64,000 nt of DNA from the human T2T-CHM13v2.0 reference genome, Homo sapiens. Every line of letters begins with the position of its first letter. Position 1 is the first letter of the stretch. The notes below the pieces were generated by a model that saw only the letters and a list, made by a program, of their open reading frames with translations, was not told the DNA's origin and ran no database searches. Shown here one piece after another: positions 59,771 to 64,000 of the stretch. The translations under genes and the position numbers were made by a program. The stretch is from the NCBI GenBank assembly GCA_009914755.4, contig CP068257.2, forward strand, positions 11,904,001 through 11,968,000, given 5' to 3'.

Positions 59771-60439
59771 AGCTGGGCATGGAAAAAAAAAAGAGAAAAG
59801 AGCTAGGCTTTGGATTCACACAAGACTGGGTTTAATTCCTAACTTTCTTACTTGCTACGCGTGTGACATTGGGAACGTTATTTACCACCCAATATGTTGT
59901 CATATGTGAAAAGTAGGAGAATATATCCTTCAAAGTTGGCTGTGCATAAGCAAGAAAGATATATGTGGCATTTAATTCAGTGCGTAGCACATGCTTATTG
60001 GCAGCATTAACTGAAACTCCTGTGACTACTATTCTTACCATTATTATTAATATTACTGCTTTCAGCATGCAGAGAGCTCTTATTTTTCTTACCCCCTAGC
60101 TAATTTTCTATTACAGCATATCAGTTTAGGGAAGCTGTGACAAAATCTTCACTTAAATCTTTGTCCACTTCAGATAAGTGGCCCTAGCATTGTTTCTTGC
60201 CCATCAAAGGACTTTAAATTAGTAGCTTCTGCTATGCAATACCCCACTGAGATAAGAGGTTTCCTTTTTGTCCTTTCCTTTTAACCTTGGTGGTATTTTA
60301 CAAAGATGAACTCTTGAGCACCCAAGATGCTTCTGTCTTTTAGTGCATGTAAATGTTTGATTCTGCATGGACAGGCAAGATGTTAAATTGGTAAAGTATA
60401 TCAAATTAGCTTTTAAAATAACTTTATTACAGTTCCTAA

Positions 60440-60604
<165 letters not shown>

Positions 60605-63112
60605 TAAGTGTTTACATGAAAAGGCTAGTTAATGCTAAATTGAGGTTTAAAATAATTATAACAATTGCATCTTACATATCAGGTGAGATGTCATAGTTTG
60701 GTTCAGGTAGTTTTAGATTGGCCGTGAGTTAGTCCCCTGCATCAGCCAGAAATCAGACAAAAAGCAAGACAAGTTAGAAGTACCAATGGGTGCAGGATTC
60801 TTTACCTCAGGACTTTTAAGACCTTTATCCTTAGAGATCCCAATATTGTTCATTTCATCCAAGTATAACACCTATGCATGGGATAAAAAAGAGTATCACA
60901 TCTTTGATTTTTCTGATTAGTTATTTGGGTCTTGAAATGTCCAGTTTAGCAGAAAGTCTTGTACTGTCTTCTGGGGACTATCTTCTACATACTCCTTGAA
61001 TTTTTCAAGAACCAAAGGGGTTCACTAAATCCAAGGAAGACAGTCCCTTTTATCAAGTCAGAAGGAGGAGAAAAAAAAGGACATTCCAATCATTCTGTTG
61101 TTTCCATTGTTTCTGTTGCTGCATTGTTGCCACTCAAACTGGTTCTGCTGCCTGGTAATTGTTGACCTTTGACACCAAGATGCCCTTACTGATTCAGATC
61201 CCTCAAGTCTTCATGGGGATTCATACAGTGACTTTGAAGTTACAACATTTTTTTTTAGTTCCCTTACCTATGCTTATATGCTCAGCCATTGTTCCCAAAG
61301 CACCAGCACCCTGCTCTGGCCGCTGGGCATCCTGACTTTATCCGCACACAAAGTGAGCAAATTGACCCTTCCTCCTGTATTCAGAACCTAATGTGGAACC
61401 CACATCTTAGCCAAGAATTAGCTGAGACCTTCATGGTAAGAGATCCTTTGAGGCCGTTGTTGGTCTTTTCTCTAGCAGATATTAGGTGGGCTTGTTCTAA
61501 AGGGTCAGAGGGGTTCAAATAATGTGGCAGAAAGAGATCAGTGTTTGTTTCTTCTTCTTTGCTACCAGATCTATACTGTGAGGCACCTTTATATCCTGTG
61601 TAGAACCTTAGGCAGTAGAAAGTCCCATATGAGCCTTCCCCAAGCAGTGGCTCCCAGCTGTGGTTGGCCCCTTGAGTGATCTGATTTACATGATAATGAA
61701 AATCGTCCAAGCTACTTCCATCTCTAGCTCAAGATTTTAAAATATTATCAAATTGTACCTCACAGGAAGCCATTGAAGAGAATTCTCAGAATCTCAAGTA
61801 GGTTAAGTAAGTAGTGATGAGTCACGGACAAGAGCCAAGCCTTGTCCATGACTCGTCACAAATCATGTGTAAAAGTAGGGCTTTGTGCCTGCTTTGGCGG
61901 CACATATCCTAAAATTGGAACAATACAGAGAAAGTTAGCATGGCTTCTGCATAAGGAGGCAGCACAACTCTTTGAGGCATTCCATATTTTGTGCAGTCAC
62001 TGGAAGATCATTTCACTATCTGCTGACTAGCTCTAAGGAAACAGTGTGAATCAAAGCAAAATGGGTGCCACCAAAATATCGAAATGTGATTTGTGCTGCA
62101 AAAATAGTCATGGAAGATGGTCTGTGAGATGATTTAGAGCTGAATAATGTGTTCGGTGCAAAATATATTAAGTATGTATGTCAAAAATTAGAGAATGTCA
62201 ATTTGCAGCTTCTTCATGAAAACTGAAAAAAAATAAAAGTAGAGTTTTGGTCTCCCATGTCAGCTGGAATTGAACATCAATATAAAGCATTATCCTAACA
62301 AACATCTGCTGGCTCAGAGTTTGAGTCTGTAGAGAAGGATCATTGCTCCAAGCCAGGTCTTAACATCCATTGGTTTTTCTGCCCTTAGCACAACAAATTG
62401 GTCAACTCCGTAATAGTGGACAATCACATTATCTACTTTAATGAGAGATTTATGAAAAAATTTAGTTACAAACTATGACACAGTTGAGATGCCCTGAATT
62501 ATAAGCCATAAGGAGTAGGACAACTAAGAAGCAAAATTAGGACTTAATAACATTTTCTGAAAACTACAGCATTTGCATATTAGAACCTGTGAACAAAATA
62601 CACATGGGGTTTTATTTGGGATTCCAAGATAATTTTAGTCATAAAGTTTAGGAACAGATTATTCCATTGCTTTACTATTTCTCTGAGCATTTAAAAAATG
62701 TTACCTTGTTAAATATTTGTAACAACCTAGTGAAATAAGGCAGCAAAGTCCTCACTTTGTAGAAGAAGACATTGAGCCTAAGAGAAGAAATTTGTCCAAG
62801 AACTAATAGCTGTTCATTATGGAGCTAGGACTTATGCAGAGTTGGGACACTTTCTATTATGTCATGCTAATGCATGCTGATTTACTGGGTCACAGTGTCC
62901 TTGATTTATGAGCATTTCACCTAATTTTTTTTCTTCTTTAATTAGAAGCTTAAAGAAAAGTTTGTAGAATGTACTCATAAGTGTATGGGATAATACTGTT
63001 AAATTCTGATATTATGAAATTGTTTGAAATACTCTAAGAATTTTACATTTGGTAAGTATTTTTTATATCAGTATTAAAATAGTAATTTGGTTTATTACAT
63101 TTTTATACATAG

Positions 63113-63183
63113 AATTTGTGAATTACTTTCTGACTATAAAGAAAAACAGATGCTAAAAATCTCTTCTGAAAACAGCAATCCAG
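63113..63183 (+). CDS. POTE: POTE coding exon 6 ([23 protein letters not shown])
   Basis: Acceptor catAG at 63111-63112, donor GTAAGA at 63184. The frame continues toward EQDLK in the next exon, which lies beyond the window. Confidence 0.82.
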
Positions 63184-63204
63184 GTAAGACTTGTGATAAT
63201 GAAT

Positions 63205-63760
63205 TACTTTAGGTCAGTTGTCCACAATGTTTTGGGCAGCAGGGACCAGTTTTCTGGAAGACAGTCTTTCCATGGGCTGGGGGAAGGTGGGGATGGTTTC
63301 AGGATTATTCAGCCATGTTTCATTTATTGTGCTACTTTATATTATTATTACATTGTAATATATAATGAAATAATTATACAACTTACCATAATGTAGAATC
63401 CGTGGAAACTCTGAGCTTATTTTTCTGCAACTAGATGGTCTCATCTGGGGGCAAAGTGAGACAGTGACATATCATCAGGCATTAGATTCTCATATGAAGC
63501 ACACAACCTAGATCCCTCAGATGAGCAGTTCACAACAGGGTTCATGCTCCAATGAGTATCTAGTGCTATCACTGATCTGACTGGAGGCAGAGTTCAGGCG
63601 GTAATATGAGCCATGGGGTGTGGCTGTAAGTACAGGTGAAGCTTCCCTGGTTTGCCTGCTGCTCACCTCCTCCTGTGTGGTGTGGTTCATAATAGTCCAT
63701 GGAGTGGTACCAGTCTGTGACCTGGGAGTTGTGGGCCCCTGCTCTAGGTGGTCCTACCGT
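63205..63760. repeat. Ancient interspersed repeat, probably a non-autonomous DNA-transposon or MER-type element, in the intron after POTE exon 6
   Basis: ggtcagttgtccacaatgttttgggcagcagggaccagttttctggaagacagtctttccatgggctggggg... and its partial reverse complement (..catcaggcattagattctcatatgaagcacacaacctagatccc..) resemble a known palindromic mammalian repeat. The family was not assigned. Confidence 0.35.
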
Positions 63761-64000
63761 AGATAAATAAATAAAAGTAAGGAATTTTTGATCACAAAAG
63801 AACGCCAAAGCACAAGTCATGTTACATATCCTTGTCCCAACAAGGTCTCACTCTTACTGACTTCATTCCTCCTCATTTGAAGTTGGAAAGAGATACATTT
63901 ACTTTGTTGGAACAAGATGTGTTCTTCTACCTGCTGGTCAATTGTCTTGATAACAGTAATTTTGTTAGAACAAGATGCTCTGCTACCATTTACCAAAAGA

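Overview
This is primate (human-like) genomic DNA, not prokaryotic. About half of the window is interspersed repeats: many Alu SINEs, several L1 LINE fragments of different ages, a MADE1 MITE and microsatellites. Two gene-level features stand out. (1) The 5' half of a POTE ankyrin-domain family gene lies on the + strand. Exon 1 starts at 50537 and encodes three 37-aa cysteine-rich repeats. It is followed by five ankyrin-repeat exons with canonical GT-AG splice sites at 55431, 55705, 58657, 60466 and 63113. The gene runs off the right edge of the window. A CpG island and two families of GC-rich tandem repeats sit just upstream of the ATG. (2) An olfactory-receptor pseudogene of the OR4 family lies on the - strand at 21358-22302. 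It is receptor-sized, keeps the OR signature motifs and is broken into three reading frames. It sits about 28 kb upstream of the POTE gene and in divergent orientation. This pairing is typical of pericentromeric POTE/OR segmental-duplication blocks. Notable structural findings are: a twin-primed (5'-inverted) young L1 insertion at 16323-19498 with an intact 11-bp target-site duplication; an Alu nested inside an older Alu with a 9-bp duplication; a locally duplicated Alu-plus-flank block; and inverted Alu pairs inside POTE introns. No CRISPR arrays, rRNA or tRNA genes were recognised. The six-frame ORF track mostly reports translations of L1, Alu and GC-rich repeats. It appears to allow GTG/TTG starts, so it over-calls ORFs in this eukaryotic sequence.
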